A DNA stretch of 64,000 bases. Source: Lepidodermella squamata. Taxonomy: Eukaryota > Animalia > Gastrotricha. The stretch is taken from assembly GCA_047495785.1 (NCBI GenBank), contig JBLDXI010000036.1, positions 434,001 to 498,000 of the forward strand. The letters run 5' to 3'. Of the stretch, positions 11,876 through 25,750 are shown piece by piece. Under the pieces are notes generated by a model. It saw only the letters and a list, made by a program, of their open reading frames with translations, was not told the DNA's origin and made no database searches. How positions within the stretch are numbered: position 1 is the stretch's first letter; every line of letters starts with the position of its first letter. Made by a program: the position numbers and the translations under genes.

Positions 11876-14841
11876 GTTTTATCGCGTGTAGAAATTAAGG
11901 TTATACCGTTTTTTATGAACCTTGACTCTTTTTATACGCTTAGCTGGTTGCGTGCGGGATGGGCCCATTTATCGCGAATTTCGTCGGGCGAACGTTTTTT
12001 CCGGTTCCTATGCAAACACCGTGTGAGAGCATTTTATCATTTTGGCTCAGGTAGCGCCCGCTTTATCGCTCAGTTGTTATCGCGTCGCTCGCTAAAAGCA
12101 TCGGGAAAGGACTAGTTTCTACTGACATGTCTGCGAGTGGTGTGTAAAAGAATGTTCTAGTGGAATTATCTGACGGCGAAAGGTCATTAAGAGCACAGGA
12201 GCTAGAGATTATTAAGGTAGCATAATTGAGTTCACAAATTACAGCTCGAATCTGAATGCAGCACGTCATGATATATCTTGAAAATGCTCTCAAAATCACC
12301 AAGGGTTTCTTGATGCATTTGGGCGGGACATAGGCGCTTCTACAGGAGCTTCTACAAAAGATAAAGCCCGCGTCTTGGTAATTTGACATAGGGACGCCAA
12401 ATATGTGTCTCGAGATAATGTCTTACAAGTAAACAGTCTCCGAAAATAGGAAAAATGTCGTTCTGCGATGATTAGATAGTTTGTAAATGAGTGCAGTAAG
12501 CAAAGAATTACAAACTTCTCGAGAGCTAAACGTGATTTTTTACGCGAACCCGGATAACGGGAGCTTCCAAGCCGCTGCGTCCTGGTACGTCTCATGCTCA
12601 ATCGAGCTAATTTTAAGGTATTTCTCCACAAGCCAGACTCACTCCAGACTGGATAAAACCATGCATTCAGTCTTTTGTGAAAATGACTGCGCATTGCGCA
12701 ACAGCGAAAGTGATCAAGCCTAGATTAAATGCAACGATTGCTTTCTATGTCCAAAAGCAAATGTTGTTGTTCGCTGACAAAGAAATGACCTTGCTATCCA
12801 AGCCCATTTTATTCTACTGTTAGTTTGTGGCACCAGCTCTCAACTCTTAACGCATCATCAATATAAAGAAAATTCCCAACCGCCATTTGAAAAGCTCACA
12901 GCAACCCCAATGTCTCAAATCACTCATTCGACATAGGTTTCGCATGCTGTGAATGATACAGTGTTGTCGCAATCAATTAAATACATCAAAAAATCATAAA
13001 TCAAGCCGCAATTGTTATTATTCAACGAGTTACCAAACTGAGTTTGATTGAATGTGAAAGCGGTACCATCCGACCATTTGAGAACGCCTGCTTCTGGAGC
13101 AAGACCCAGCCATGCATAGCCGGTGGGTACAAGGCTGCCAACCTGGGCAAGGTCGGAAGCCGTTTTAACAGTTGCCAAAATGGCACCCTGTTTCGAACAC
13201 TTTGTGGCTGCCTTTGAGTGGGCATAAGAACCCGTATCAAGGTAAAACACTTTCTTTCGAGCGTTTTGGCACTGCGATTCACCGCTGAACGTGACATTTG
13301 CAGGAAATCGCCTCTCAGTGATGGCGTCACAGCCGATTGAGCTCGGTCGGCAGGTTACTGTACCGTCAGCAGTTCGCAGGCATCGATGCTGAGGGATCTA
13401 TAGATAAATTTCGTATTTCATGAAATACCAAGGAATGCTCCAGGGTTTTTCTGAGGTTGGACAAATTTGGACAAAGTCACGGCTTAATACCACGGAAATT
13501 AGGAAACCCGGATATCTTAAAAGAAAGTAACTCACAGGAGGCGATATGTCCGTAATGCATTTGCCGTGGTTGCGTTGAAAGGACTGCAAGCCAGAGAACA
13601 ACTTAACCTACGATAGGAAAACAGCTGATAACGGAGAAAAAACTGTGCTTCTAAGCTTTACCTGAGATTGATCTAGCGGGCATGCAGCGTAGCAAGACAG
13701 TCGGTCGGACGAATCCTTGCACGAGACAGCATTCTGCAGAACAAGAGTTACCGCAATAATAATTGCCAAACCAGAAAGGATAACATACTCCGAGCATGCA
13801 GGCTGCACGGTTGATGTAAACTCTCGTTGAGTATTGCTGAGTTTCGTTGCTAGCCATACAGCCGGAGCTTTGCGGTCGGCAGTCATTGAACTTTTTGTTC
13901 GTAGAATCAAAGCACCGAATGTGTGGTTTTTCGCTGACCGGAACTGTGACTGTAATGACAATAGGTCCGTAGTTTCCCCCCAAGTTTCCGCCTCAATTTG
14001 CGATCAATTTTATTCCGGGAAAATTGTTCAAAATTCAAACTGGTTAAGATAAGGAAATCGACCTAAGAGTTCCCCCTTTAGTCTTAGACTGAGTTCACCG
14101 TACGGGCCGATGAGCTGGTAGGGATGATCCCTAGCGGTAAATCACGAACCTGTTCCATTGGTACAAGGCGCAAGAGTCGTAAACAGAGTTGTTCCAGTTA
14201 ACTAGGAAAACAAGACTCATCGTCACTCACCAATCCTCAAATTTTTCAAATCGTTCACCCAGTTGTTGGGGCAGAAGTAAGGGTCCGGAACACAGGTCAT
14301 GGTGACGTTGTTCGAAGTACAGCGCCTGAATTTTAGAGTCTTGAATGATACATATATTAAGCCTTAATCCGTATGGCCAAGTTTCCTGAATTCTCACCTC
14401 GAATGCAGCTTTCTTTTTCTCGCATTCACCGAGGTTGAATTTCAAGCTCAACGTCGCATTCTGATTGTCGAACCAGAACGTCTGAGGCATAAATTATATT
14501 ATAGCCATTGGAAATTACTGGTTAATTGAATAAGGCTTACATTCATATCACCAGGATTGTTACAGCCAATGTTTCCAGGTACGCAAAACGGGGTGAGCGC
14601 CTCGTATTTGTAGCACATCCTGGCATTCTATAGATAAAACAGACAAAAATTGCAAATCGATATAGCAGAAAGGTTATAGCAACCCCGGTGTTGCAGACCC
14701 CCGTTGTTCGGAAGATTGAGCCGAGCTATATAGATTGAGAGTTATTCCAATTGTTTAGCATTTTAAACAGTTTCCATCAGAATTCAGTAAAACCTGATAA
14801 TTGGCGAGTGGGTCACAGCCATCGGCAGCTGGTATGCAGCT

Positions 14842-17638
14842 GGCCTAAAACGCGAATATGTCGCACCAAACAGCGTTTTGAAAAAGTCATATGATCGGAA
14901 AAACCGATATAGATTCTGAAAGCCCTGGTTTCGGGCTACATTAGGATCTTACAATTTTTGACTTTCTCAGATGACGTAACACTTATTACGTCATGTCAAA
15001 ATACTACCTAACAGGCGTGCCAAAAAAGTGTTTTAGAGCAAATTTTGCCACTTGATTGCGAGCAAAGTGTAACAGCTGGGCTTTTATCGTTTTGCAAGTG
15101 TGTGAAGGTTATGTCAACAGAGATTTCCTGAAAATTTCGGCATCTTTTGACAAACAGATGTTGCGTAATTGTCAAATATCAAAACGCTGTCAAATGCCAT
15201 CTGTCGGTGACAAAATTGATCTTCGTTGTAGCCAGCTCTTAGAATCCGTGAGTTATAGGCTCCAAATATTTTTCTGAAATCCCCAGTGACCATATCTATT
15301 TAATTTGACACTTAAAAGCTATGTGGGAGTTCTCCGTATACTAGTAATCAGCGTCACCGAGGGAGAAAGATTCTGTCGGTGACGCTATTTTTTTCCTGTC
15401 ACCGACAGATAAATTAACTATTTTTATGCTGTTTATTCATTATTTCGGCATTTTATTGAATATTGAGTATGCCAGCAAAAAGCGGAGCTGAAAGGACTGC
15501 AAAATGGCGTTCTAATCTCAGTCAAAAACAAAAGGCGGACATTCGAGAACATGATCGACTGTACCACACCGAAACACGGGCAGCAGAATCGTCTGCTGAG
15601 ACGGAAAAGCGACGCAAGAAGGACAGGGAGAGTAAAAAAGCTACCTATGATATGAAAAAGGCAGCTAAAACCGAAGTTGTCGATACACCAGTGGTGGAAG
15701 AGCCTGATGAAAGCCATGAAGAAAACAACGACTCGGCTTATTCGAGTCGGCAGCGATTAGGTCGCGATTATGCAAAACTCTGGAGAGCACTGCCGACAGA
15801 TCCTTCGAAGCAGCAAGTTCTGGCCATGAAGCTAGCTAAGGACCAAGGTCTCGGCAAGCAATTACCTAAGAGGCAATACAAGGGGCGACCGATTACCGAG
15901 CAATTGAAGGTATTAATTCAGGAAATATATGAAGAACATTCCCGAGTATCGCCAAATCAACGTGACGTTCACAAAAATGGTAAATCGAAAATGTTTATGG
16001 ACATACCAATTAACGAATTATTTGGTATATTCTGCCGCCGCCACGGCGAAAATTTGATTGGCAAAACGAAGTTTCAAAAGCTCAGGCCGGAACATGTTAT
16101 CACGAATGACAAAATACCGGCTAACGTCTGCGTTTGCGTCGTTCACGAAAACGTCAGGCTTGTCCTGGAAGAGCTTCATCGCGTTGAAAAAGAGTTCCCG
16201 ATTTCAACTCATGATCTAGTTGCCCAGGTAGAAATGCTTTATCATTACCTATTGGATTCGTAACACTAATAATTATTTCGATTTAGATTACCTGTGGATC
16301 CGAACTCGAGGAAAATTGTGCAAATGGGCTTTGTGAGAACTGCGGAATGGGTCGTTTGCTGGACTTGGAAGCACGGCTCTTTCCGGATATCAACGCGAGA
16401 ATGGCTACTATTGTAAATTTCAGAGAATGGAAGGCTGGATCGGAAACATACATTAATTCAAATTAATTCAAAAAGAAGTGAAACAAATTCCCGCCACTCA
16501 AAAGCAACATTGCTTTCAAGTCATTTCACCTTATGTGATTAGCTACACTTCAATTTCGGACTCAAACGACTCTAAAACTCACGAGTTTCACGAAGAATCA
16601 AGTTTGCGACGAAGGCGATTCTCCACGGTCTCGATTGAGAATGATGATGATGAAATGGACGTGAGCTTTTCCAATGCTCTCTCCAGCACAATTGTGGATC
16701 GGCCAAAAAGCGCATTCAAACGCCCGGCTCCTATTTCGCGAGCTGGTTCAGTGAAAAGACCGGCAACTGCTGCAGCTAAAAGACCGGCAACTGCTGCAGC
16801 TAAAAGACCGGCAACTACTGCATCTAAAAAACCAGCAACTGCTTCAGCGAAAAGATCAGCAACTGCATCGAAAGTCGACGATTCATTCGACGATTCATCA
16901 TCTGACGAATCTGACCAAGAACCGCTGACCTATCTGAAAAGTAAATGTGCCAGGTGCGACATAAGCTGGTCGGAATGGAAAAAACAATCGAAGGAAGGTC
17001 AGGAATGGGGCCTTTGCAGCTGGTGCTTCGAATGGTTCTGCTTTATCTGCTCTCGAAAGGCCAACTCAAAGTTCATCTGCTCGGAATGTCAGGACTAACA
17101 ATTATTTTGCTGTCACTGCTTTTTTCCCCTCCTTATACTCCTATGTATTGATTCTCGAGTTGTTATGTGGTCATTACTAGTAAATATGGCGAAAAAAATC
17201 AATTTGAAAATGTCTTTTTAAAACCTCTATCGGTGACATTTTGCCTCCTCCGTCGGTGACGCAGTTTTTGTACCTCCCTGGCCTAATTTGAAATAAACTC
17301 GTCACTTTGTTTATGTTTTTTTATTCCTTGAACCTGTGCGGAAGTTTTAAAATTCATAAATAATCTTTTAAACCCAAATCTGATTAGGAAATTTAGTTGG
17401 AAAAAAATGCGAAAAACAGCAAAAACATTTTTTCTCCGTCGGTGACGGCCCTATTTTCGACCCACCCTGCAATGACCTTGAACTCGGTTGAGTCGCGGAT
17501 AGGCTTAAAACATAGCCCCAAGTGGCATACACACGTTATTAGAAGCGCTCAAGAAAATACATCGCCGTTGCCTGTGAAAACTGCCTGATGTGTCGAAAAA
17601 AAGTTAATCTTCTCTGTCGGTAACTCGTGTTTTAGGCC
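14842..17638 (+). mobile_element. Internally deleted TIR DNA transposon (tentatively Sola2-like), TIR GGCCTAAAAC, 4-bp TSD AGCT
   Basis: Ends GGCCTAAAAC...GTTTTAGGCC, with AGCT at 14838-14841 and 17639-17642 and repeated subterminal TCGGTGAC motifs. Confidence 0.8.
15463..17098 (+). pseudogene. Transposase remnant (N-terminal part, C-terminal tail and PHD-like finger; catalytic core missing)
   Basis: SR.SP..RD, IGKTKFQKLRP..V, VCVCVVHEN motifs are followed by a jump near 16450-16470 (ATTAATTCAA duplicated) to IPATQKQHCF. KRPATAAA repeats and a C-terminal CxxC...WxxCxxCxxW...C..FxCxxC follow. Confidence 0.6.
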
Positions 17639-19640
17639 AGCTGGTAAATCGGTTGCTGAACTGCGAGAAGCACCGAACCATGTTCAACGGGTCCTTGCCC
17701 CATGCCACGTCGCTCGATGCGAGCATAAGAAGTCCAAGAAGAACAAAATAATAACCGGCCATTTTATTTGGCTTATTTTACTTGAAAAGCTCGGAAAAAT
17801 GTTTTCAACTTGAATGAAATTCAGGACTACTACGTGTTTCGACTTGAAAACTGGAGACTCAAAAATACTCGTCCTAATTCCAACTTGGACAATAATATTG
17901 TCTCCATCGCCCATTTGTCCAATAGGCATTTCCGGAATAATCGTGTGATTCTCAATCAAGCGCATTTCATGAAATAATTGGCAAAAATTGTCTTGTCCTA
18001 ATTCTTTCTATTTAACAAATGCACTTTCAATTGGTGACCTAATTTGAGCCATTAATTGTCTTCCACTTTTTTATTCCATTGTATTTTGCAATTTAAATTC
18101 ATCGCGAAAACGCCTCATGATCATGCATTCAGCTCGTCTCGACGAATTGACATTGGAAATATTATCTCGATCGAAGCAATTGAAGGATCACGGCGATGAT
18201 AGGTACCGTGGGACATTTGTCTCTTCATCAATATAGTTTTTTCCTCTGTGCCAAATCGAAATTGTGGTAAGCTCGAACGCTAAAATGATGGAACTAGCTT
18301 GAAGTTCTTGAGAATTTGGGACATATCATTAATGTGAAATGGGAAAATAGATAAAATTTGGACAAATGCAAGCAGTCTCAGTTTGATAAACCTCGAAGCA
18401 TGCCTCGGGTGGCTGAGATTTGAATGGACATTGCCAGCAAAATTATCTACTTTGAAATTCATCACCAGCGCCTATGCGTTGCTAGTGAGCATGCATTATC
18501 CCTGAGAGATGTTTTCGATTCATTCAAACGCCCGTATCAGCTGGGGGTAATGTATAAATTAAAGACTTCAAAATAGGGTCTGACCGTAAATTTGTCATTT
18601 CATGCAAGCAAAATAAAGCTTGTAACTTGTGCTGAATGTGGTACCGTTTTCTTGAACATTTTAACGTTGACATTGTAGGCGCAAGACAGCCTTGATGATT
18701 GCGCCAACCAACCCGATAGGGTTCTCCTAGCGGCGGAGCCGCAGCCTGAACCGGAGGTCCAGCGCCTCTCTCTCATCTTCGCCGGTCGAGGCGACTATGG
18801 TAGAGGCGATTTTCGCTGGACAAAAAACAGCAATTGCTGCTCAGTCTTGATCTCATCAAAATAAATGAAACCATAGTGAAAAAGAGGTTTTCGTATCGTA
18901 ACGGTTGGGTTGCCTACCTCAAATCTTATACCACTTGATAGAGCATGCAAAATTTGATGAATAACGGAGATATCCGTTTTCAGAAATTCAACTTGTAATA
19001 AAAATTGAGATTCTGAAATTTTAGCTTGAATGCTTACTCCGGCCATTTTTCTTCTCTATTCATCGCCAACCATCCATTACCAACTTTGGAAAAAGACTCT
19101 TTATAAGGCAAGTCTCACATGAATGACAATGGAAGTCACGATATCAATTGATTTTCCAACGATCACGACCCTTTACCAGCCCTAAGTCAGACACAAATAC
19201 TAACAACTTTAAGAATCCATCGGCGAATCCAAATTTTGTTAAAAAACGGGATGACATCGATAAAGAGGACGGAGAACAAACTAATTTTATTGTCTAAACA
19301 ACGAGCAATTCGCCCGATTACTCACTGGAAAGATTGCCTCGCGCTCAGATGATTTCTACATTCATTAATCTTGCCAGTGCTTAAGAAATTATTCTATTTG
19401 TTCAATTAGCCGCTCTACCGCCGTCACCGCTATCACATGACTATATCAACCTGTTATGCGCAACTCATCGTCGATCCAGCCGGCTTTCATAATAGCCTGT
19501 TATCATAAACAACGAACTTCATTGCTTACGTAGGTACCGAATGACAGGCAAATTGATCATCGAGAAGCTCATCAGTTCATTATTCAAGTTTCTACCTTCA
19601 AAAAAGAGTCGAATTGTTTCCCTCAAGTTAAAAAAAACTC

Positions 19641-19997
19641 ATGGCATCTAAAATTTCATTGGCGATCGTCGTTTTGGTGAGGAGGATCATCGTTATTTAG
19701 TCTGTCGTAAATGATCTGTATCGTTATAATTTCACATAGGCTGTTGTTACTCTCATGGCATCGGCACAAGAAAAACAACACAAGGAAGGAGATGCGTGCA
19801 CATTTAAGGGTTTTCTCCCGGGCAAATGGACGAAACGCGCATCAACGGGCCAAGTGATTTGCATCACGACAGTTGGAAAGCGTGAGGACGCACGGGCAGA
19901 GGAGACGGCATGAAATAAGGAAGAATGCCCCAGCAAGAACGGCAAGCCTGGCGTTGTTAAGCAGTACAATGGCATAAGGGTCTGCAGTTGGATTTAG
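19641..19997 (+). CDS. Secreted Cys-rich double-peptide precursor, copy 1 (in-frame TGA before the second peptide)
   Basis: MASKISLAIVVL|AVVTLMASAQEKQHKEGDACTFKGFLPGKWTKRASTGQVICITTVGKREDARAEETA*NKEECPSKNGKPGVVKQYNGIRVCSWI; intron 19677-19739. Confidence 0.75.
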
Positions 19998-21363
19998 GTT
20001 CCCATGCGATTGCTGGGTACGATGGGGAGAAAGCACCAAGATTGGAAATATTTTATCTCCGAATTTTATTCCGGTGTGATTCAAAGTTCGACAATAAAAA
20101 CTGATAGCTACGACAGAGGAAAATTGTTAACCTCGGAAATCTGCAACAGCTGCAAAAGCATCGTTTTGGTTCGCAGGTTCTGTCTTGCATATCCCGATTG
20201 AACAAATGGAAATAGGGGCGAAAGAAGGAGCGACCCCGCAAGAAATCTGAAATTAACCGTAATCTGTTCATTCTGTACATTCCCAGCAAAATTCGACGTA
20301 TCCGAATAGCCACAATTTTCTCAAACATTTGTTGCTTCGCTCGCTGATTCACGTTCAAATTTTGTTATATTTTGAGGTTAGAAAGGTTTTGGGGTCGTGG
20401 GGTCGCGAGAAACACTCAAAGCCCACTTTTAGATTTTTCAAAACCTTTCAGAGAGAATTATGAAAAAATATCGTCAGCTAAATCTCGATTTGCTCCCAAA
20501 GGTTAATTAATGCACTGGTTGGAGTTTGGAGGGCAAATATTAATAGGCTAAAAATTTACATGCAATTTCTTTCACTTTTCGATTTTTTGAGAGTGGCGAG
20601 TGGCGACTTCAGTTGGATGACAAATCAGGAGACGCGTAACAATTCATTCAAGAACCCTCAAAACCCCAACCAACCAATAACCAATCCGCTCAAAAGCGCA
20701 CTCGAAAACTTCAATTCTCGATTATCTCGATATCATTACAAGTGGCCGGTTGAGAGTTCAAGAGGCAATGCGGCCGGAAAGGTCGACAGCCGGCCGCCAT
20801 TTTGACCGGGAGCGAAAATAAATCGAGAACCACTGTTTTAAGTGAAACGTTTTCGCTTATTGTATACTATCGCATTGGGGCGGCACTTTGTAGGTTTGAG
20901 GGGCGCATTGAAGGATTAATGGACGATTTCACTTTGAGTGACTGTCTACAATTCGATTGACGAAATATATTACGGCGATAATTAACTAATTTATTGTCTA
21001 AACAACGAGAAATTCACCCGATTACTCACTATTACTCACTGGGAAGATTGTCTCGCGCTCAGATGATTTCTACATTCATTAATCTTGCCAGTGCTTAAGA
21101 AATTATTCTATTTGTTGAATCAGTCGCTCTATACCGCCTTCACCGCTATCACATGACTATATCAACTTGTTATGCGCAACTCATCGTCGATCCAGCCGGC
21201 TTTATTAATAGCCTGTTTTCATAAACAACGGACTTCATTGCTGACGTAGGTACTGAATGACTGGCAAAGTGCTCATGGAGAAGCTCATCTGTGATCAGGT
21301 CATTGTTCAATTTTCTACCTTAAAGATAAAGTCAAATTATTTCCTTTCAACTGTTTACTACTC

Positions 21364-21698
21364 ATGGCAACTAAGCTAACATTGGTGATCGTCGTTTTGG
21401 TAAGAATTCTCCTGTGGTATTTTTTAGTCTACCATTTTTATTATACCAGGCCGCTGTTACTCTCACGGCGTTCGCACACAAGGACGGAGATTCTTGCAGT
21501 TATATCGGAGGTATGCCTGGTACATGGAAGAAAAGCTTGAAAACGGGTCTGCTTGTTTGCACCATGTCATGGGGAAAGCGTGAAGCGCAGCCGGAGGAAG
21601 CGGCACGGGAAGCCTGTAAACTTCCAAACGGGAAGCCTGGCAAGTATCGGCATGCTGGTGCTGCCGGTTTCAAATACTGTGCGCCTATCCATGCGTGA
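21364..21698 (+). CDS. Secreted Cys-rich double-peptide precursor, copy 2
   Basis: MATKLTLVIVVL|AAVTLTAFAHKDGDSCSYIGGMPGTWKKSLKTGLLVCTMSWGKREAQPEEAAREACKLPNGKPGKYRHAGAAGFKYCAPIHA; intron 21400-21449. Confidence 0.8.
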
Positions 21699-24032
21699 CG
21701 ATAAACTGGATTGAATAGCGCTGATGCGTGTGATGAGGAGGTAACAGCTAGCTTTCAAACATTATATCTTCCCACTTCTAGCGAGATTGCATGAATGAAG
21801 AATGTCAAGACATGTGAAAGAAGACACATGTTGTTCCATCATGATAAACAAAAGATAACTATCTAGAACTTGCGTGTCTGTTTTGTTCGATTTTCCATAA
21901 TTCATTCCTTTAGATTAATTTATCTAACCCGAAAGAATCACATGGGATCGTTTGGTTCGAAGGTTCCTCCGGGGCCCGAACGAAAATGCTAGAAAGCGGT
22001 TTAGAGTTTTTTCGAATATTTACGCAGTTTTCACGGATTTATTGGATATAGATTTTGAAATGGAGCCTAACAAACCCGAAGGTACTCACCAAGTTTTACA
22101 GTGAATATTACCTCCTTGGAATTTTTAGATGGCAAATGAGCTGGTCGAAAAAACCCCACCTAAAAAGTTCACATATTTTAGAGTTTTTTGAGCATATTGT
22201 CACATTTTTTAGCCAACGTCACGTTTAGTATTTCTAGATGGTCAAACTATTTGAGTATCCTGCGGGTTATTTCGGATTTTTTTAAAGAATACGCACAGTC
22301 GAAATATTCCTAGGATACTCACTTTCTAAATTTTATTTATTTTTAGGGTTATTTCGGACTGAATTCTACCTTAATGACTCGCCCCACGTGAGTGGGGTTA
22401 ATGCCTGGCAACATTATTGTACTGCGGTATATCAATTTCTTGCAACAAATGTTTTGTGGGGTTATTTCGAGTTTAACATCAAGGCGGCCAGTAACGGCCA
22501 GATTTGAAATTTAGCGGCCAGACACATTCATGGTGGTGGTACACGCTACTAAGGCGGGGCAATAAAAAATTTACGCGCGCACACGAGCCACGTCGATTAT
22601 TACTTGCTTATTTTTCAGTACATTAAGCCACAGTAGTAATCATCGTCATTCATAATTAGTTAGCATTCACTATTCAGATGCCTGTTGTTCTGGTTTTTGT
22701 TCATTCTAATGCTTTTCGAAGCTGGTTTCTGAAAATTCTCCTGCATTCTATGATTGATGTGACTAATTTTTTTTAGAAATCAAGCAATTTAAAATTGTCG
22801 TTCAGCTTCAACGGATGTTACTATTATGAGGCTCAGCTATGACCTGGTAATTAGTCTCGCTGAAGGGTACTAGTGTATTCTAGTGATATTTATTTTAAAT
22901 CAGGTAACTTGGTTGTGCTGATCTGAATAGCGATTGAGCCAGCCGTCTCAACAAGAATGACTTCCGTATTTACCGAGGGTAAGCAGAAACCTAATGTCTC
23001 ATTTGTATGTATCTGTAGTTTCCTCTCAGCAGATAGAATGCTGGCATGTGGATGGTAACCTAGATTGCTAGCTGGCTCCTATGCTTTGTCGCATCAACTA
23101 AGCAACTTTGGTCTCGCCTGACTGCTCCAGCCCCGGTTCTGTGATCTCTGACTCGAATGCTGCCTAGAATTCGACAATGAAATCGATAATTTGCTGTCGA
23201 CTGGTGCTATGATGGCAATCTGAAAAGGCTGAATTCTGTTCGCAATATCAGACATTTTCTTTCCGATTTGGAACTTCTCTACTTTTTAGCCTTTTCTTGA
23301 ACTCATAATTTCACTTCTTTGTATCGTTCCATGAATTCGGTTCTGATGTATGATGTCTGATGTATTGGCAGAGAGCGAAGTACCGCTAGGGATGGTAGGG
23401 ATCATCCCTACCAGTTCCATCGGTCCGTAAGGTGAGCTCATTCAAAGACCAAAGGGGGGACCCTTACGTCGAATTTTCTGGTCCCTACCAGTTCCGCGGT
23501 CCTACTTCGCTCTATGTGTATTGGTATGAAATCCATGTGCTAATTTTTTGATGTGCTATTCCAATTTTGGTATGAAATTTGTGAAATTTGTGTCAACTTA
23601 CGTCGGTGGTGTTTTACGACTTGGTGCTTTCCTCTATTACTCGCGGGTAACGCGTATTACCTGCCAGTAGTAGAGAAATAGCGCTAAGTCGTGAAATACC
23701 ACCGAAAGATTCTGATATTTGGTTCAATAAAATAGGGTTATTACGACGTTCGGCGTTTCATTATTTTGGAGGTTATTAGGGTTACTGGGTGCAGTGGGCG
23801 AACAATATTTTGGGGTTATTATGCCCCTACGTTTACACTATATTTCGGGTTTTTTAGCCAATTCCAAAAAAATGGTTAAATAACCCGAGATAATAAAAGC
23901 TGAAAATATGTCGAAATAACCCAATAAATTTTCGTTCGGGGGTTACTGCTTCGTACGATCACAGACTCACAAAGGGTTGAGTACAGAGTGGTTCAGCATC
24001 AACAAGTGGTCGGGGTTGTTTGCTAGTGCTAT

Positions 24033-25750
24033 TGTAGCGGCTGAATGATTGTGAATGATATTATTATTGATGATGATAACTGGATGATTCAGCGCGCTAG
24101 ATAATTGGGTTTTCACTTGTTATTGTTACCTTAACACTCAGTGCGATCAAGTGTGGTTTTCCTTATATGGATGAAACGATAATCGATGTTGCTGATCCAT
24201 AGACTTTCCTTGTATGGTCAAATAGATACAATTCATGCTGTATAAATACCACGGATCGATAGGATCAAAGTGGTCTTGTTAACTCAGGTTTAGATGTACC
24301 TTTGTTACACCGCTAGTAGTTCATGTAGTCTGTAGCATTGCTAGAGTCAAGTTCTAATAATTGCTGTAATTACTGATAATAAAGTGTAGAGTTGAATACT
24401 AGAGTTGACTTGTTGGATAAAGAACCCAGTGGTTACATTGGTGGCAGCGGTGGGGTACAGTCAACTCAATAGGCAAGATCGACTCAACGGCCTCGATCAA
24501 CTCGATAGCGCGAATCGACTCGAAGCCAAGAACCGATTCAACAGCCTCAATCGACTCAACGGCCTCGAGCGACTCAACAACATTTCAACTACGTTCTAAT
24601 CGGAGCTAACAGACCCCCGCCAAACCAACGCATCTACTGCCGCAAGCAGCATCAAAAGCAACTCGGTACCCGTAGGATTCGAAGCAAGAAATGGCAATCG
24701 AAAGGCAATCGACAATTGGCGACCTATGGGAGCCAAGCAAACACCTTAGCGATCAAGCCATCCAAGTCGGTCAAGCGACGCAATGGTCGAAAAGTAGCAG
24801 AATGCTGAAGCTAGGCAGCAAAAGTAACGGTAAGTGCGAAAGCGTCGAATATGGATTTGCTAGGTTGGTCAAGCGAAATCGAATCAAGCCCTACCAGGAA
24901 AAATCGTGGGAAATAGGTGCCGCATCGCTAACGGTGGAGGGCAGAACAATGACCCCGGAGCTCGCACGGCTTGGCGAATCGTGGGAAAGCAGAGTGGCGC
25001 AAGTGATTGCACACGGCATGAAGAGTGACCTGGTCATCAGCAGGACGGCCGGTCCAGCGATTGGCGGAATGGGCGGGACGGTGGATCATTATCCTTCACG
25101 TAGGCAAGTCGTGCCAAGATGGACCTGCCTGGTATCGAACGGCTGGTATCGAACAATAATCCCGTCACAATGAAAATTACGATGAATTTGCATGACAATG
25201 ATATAATTTAGTTTATCTGTGCGGAAGGCTCTGCAAAAGAAATAGAGTGATTGATTGTCCTCGTGTTAATCATGTTTTGTGAAGTTCGAATGTTTAGTTT
25301 TACCTCAGAGCAATAACGGAGTATTGCTTCATCTAAGGGGAAAGCTGTAGCGGCTGAATGATTGTGAATGATATTATTATTGATGATGATAACTGGATGA
25401 TTCAGCGCGCTAGATAATTGGGTTTTCACTTGTTATTGTTACCTTAACACTCAGTGCGATCAAGTGTGGTTTTCCTTATATGGATGAAACGATAATCGAT
25501 GTTGCTGATCCATAGACTTTCCTTGTATGGTCAAATAGATACAATTCATGCTGTATAAATACCACGGATCGATAGGATCAAAGTGGTCTTGTTAACTCAG
25601 GTTTAGATGTACCTTTGTTACACCGCTAGTAGTTCATGTAGTCTGTAGCATTGCTAGAGTCAAGTTCTAATAATTGCTGTAATTACTGATAATAAAGTGT
25701 AGAGTTGAATACTAGAGTTGACTTGTTGGATAAAGAACCCAGTGGTTACA
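24033..25750 (+). mobile_element. Small non-autonomous LTR retroelement (TRIM-like) with 405-bp LTRs
   Basis: LTRs 24033-24437 and 25346-25750 (TG...CA, no differences seen), TSD CTAT, PBS TGGTGGCAGCGGTGGG (tRNA-Leu-like), PPT AAGGGGAAAG. The 908-bp interior has no pol. Confidence 0.92.

Larger units (their letters stand above)
12924..17762 (-). pseudogene. Secreted Cys-rich protein gene with probable C-terminal C-type lectin domain; exon 1 interrupted by a DNA transposon
   Basis: ATG 17762 gives MAGYYFVLLGLLMLASSDVAWG (signal peptide). Removing 14842-17638 plus one AGCT restores ...RCFSQFSNRFTSCIPAADGC..., homologous to RCFDSTNKKFNDCRPQSSGC in ORF 13651-13983. CTL motifs C..QGAILA, AWLGL, KWSDGT, C...DC...AC lie in 12924-13250. 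Linkage of all exons is inferred. Confidence 0.6.

Noticed and set aside
17780-19046. Coding-like minus-strand fragments (also 12063-12694)
   Set aside because: No recognisable motif and no consistent exon chain could be built.
19911-19913. Selenocysteine codon
   Set aside because: It aligns with Arg, not Cys, in the paralog, and no SECIS element could be identified by eye.
21925-23980. Old TIR element (CCCGAACGAAAAT inverted near both ends, many GGGTTATT motifs)
   Set aside because: Ends and TSD are too degenerate to define.
24438-24455. tRNA gene
   Set aside because: Only a ~16-nt primer-binding site complementary to a tRNA 3' end.
24691-25173. 160-aa ORF inside the LTR element as a functional gag
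   Set aside because: No capsid or zinc-knuckle motif recognisable.
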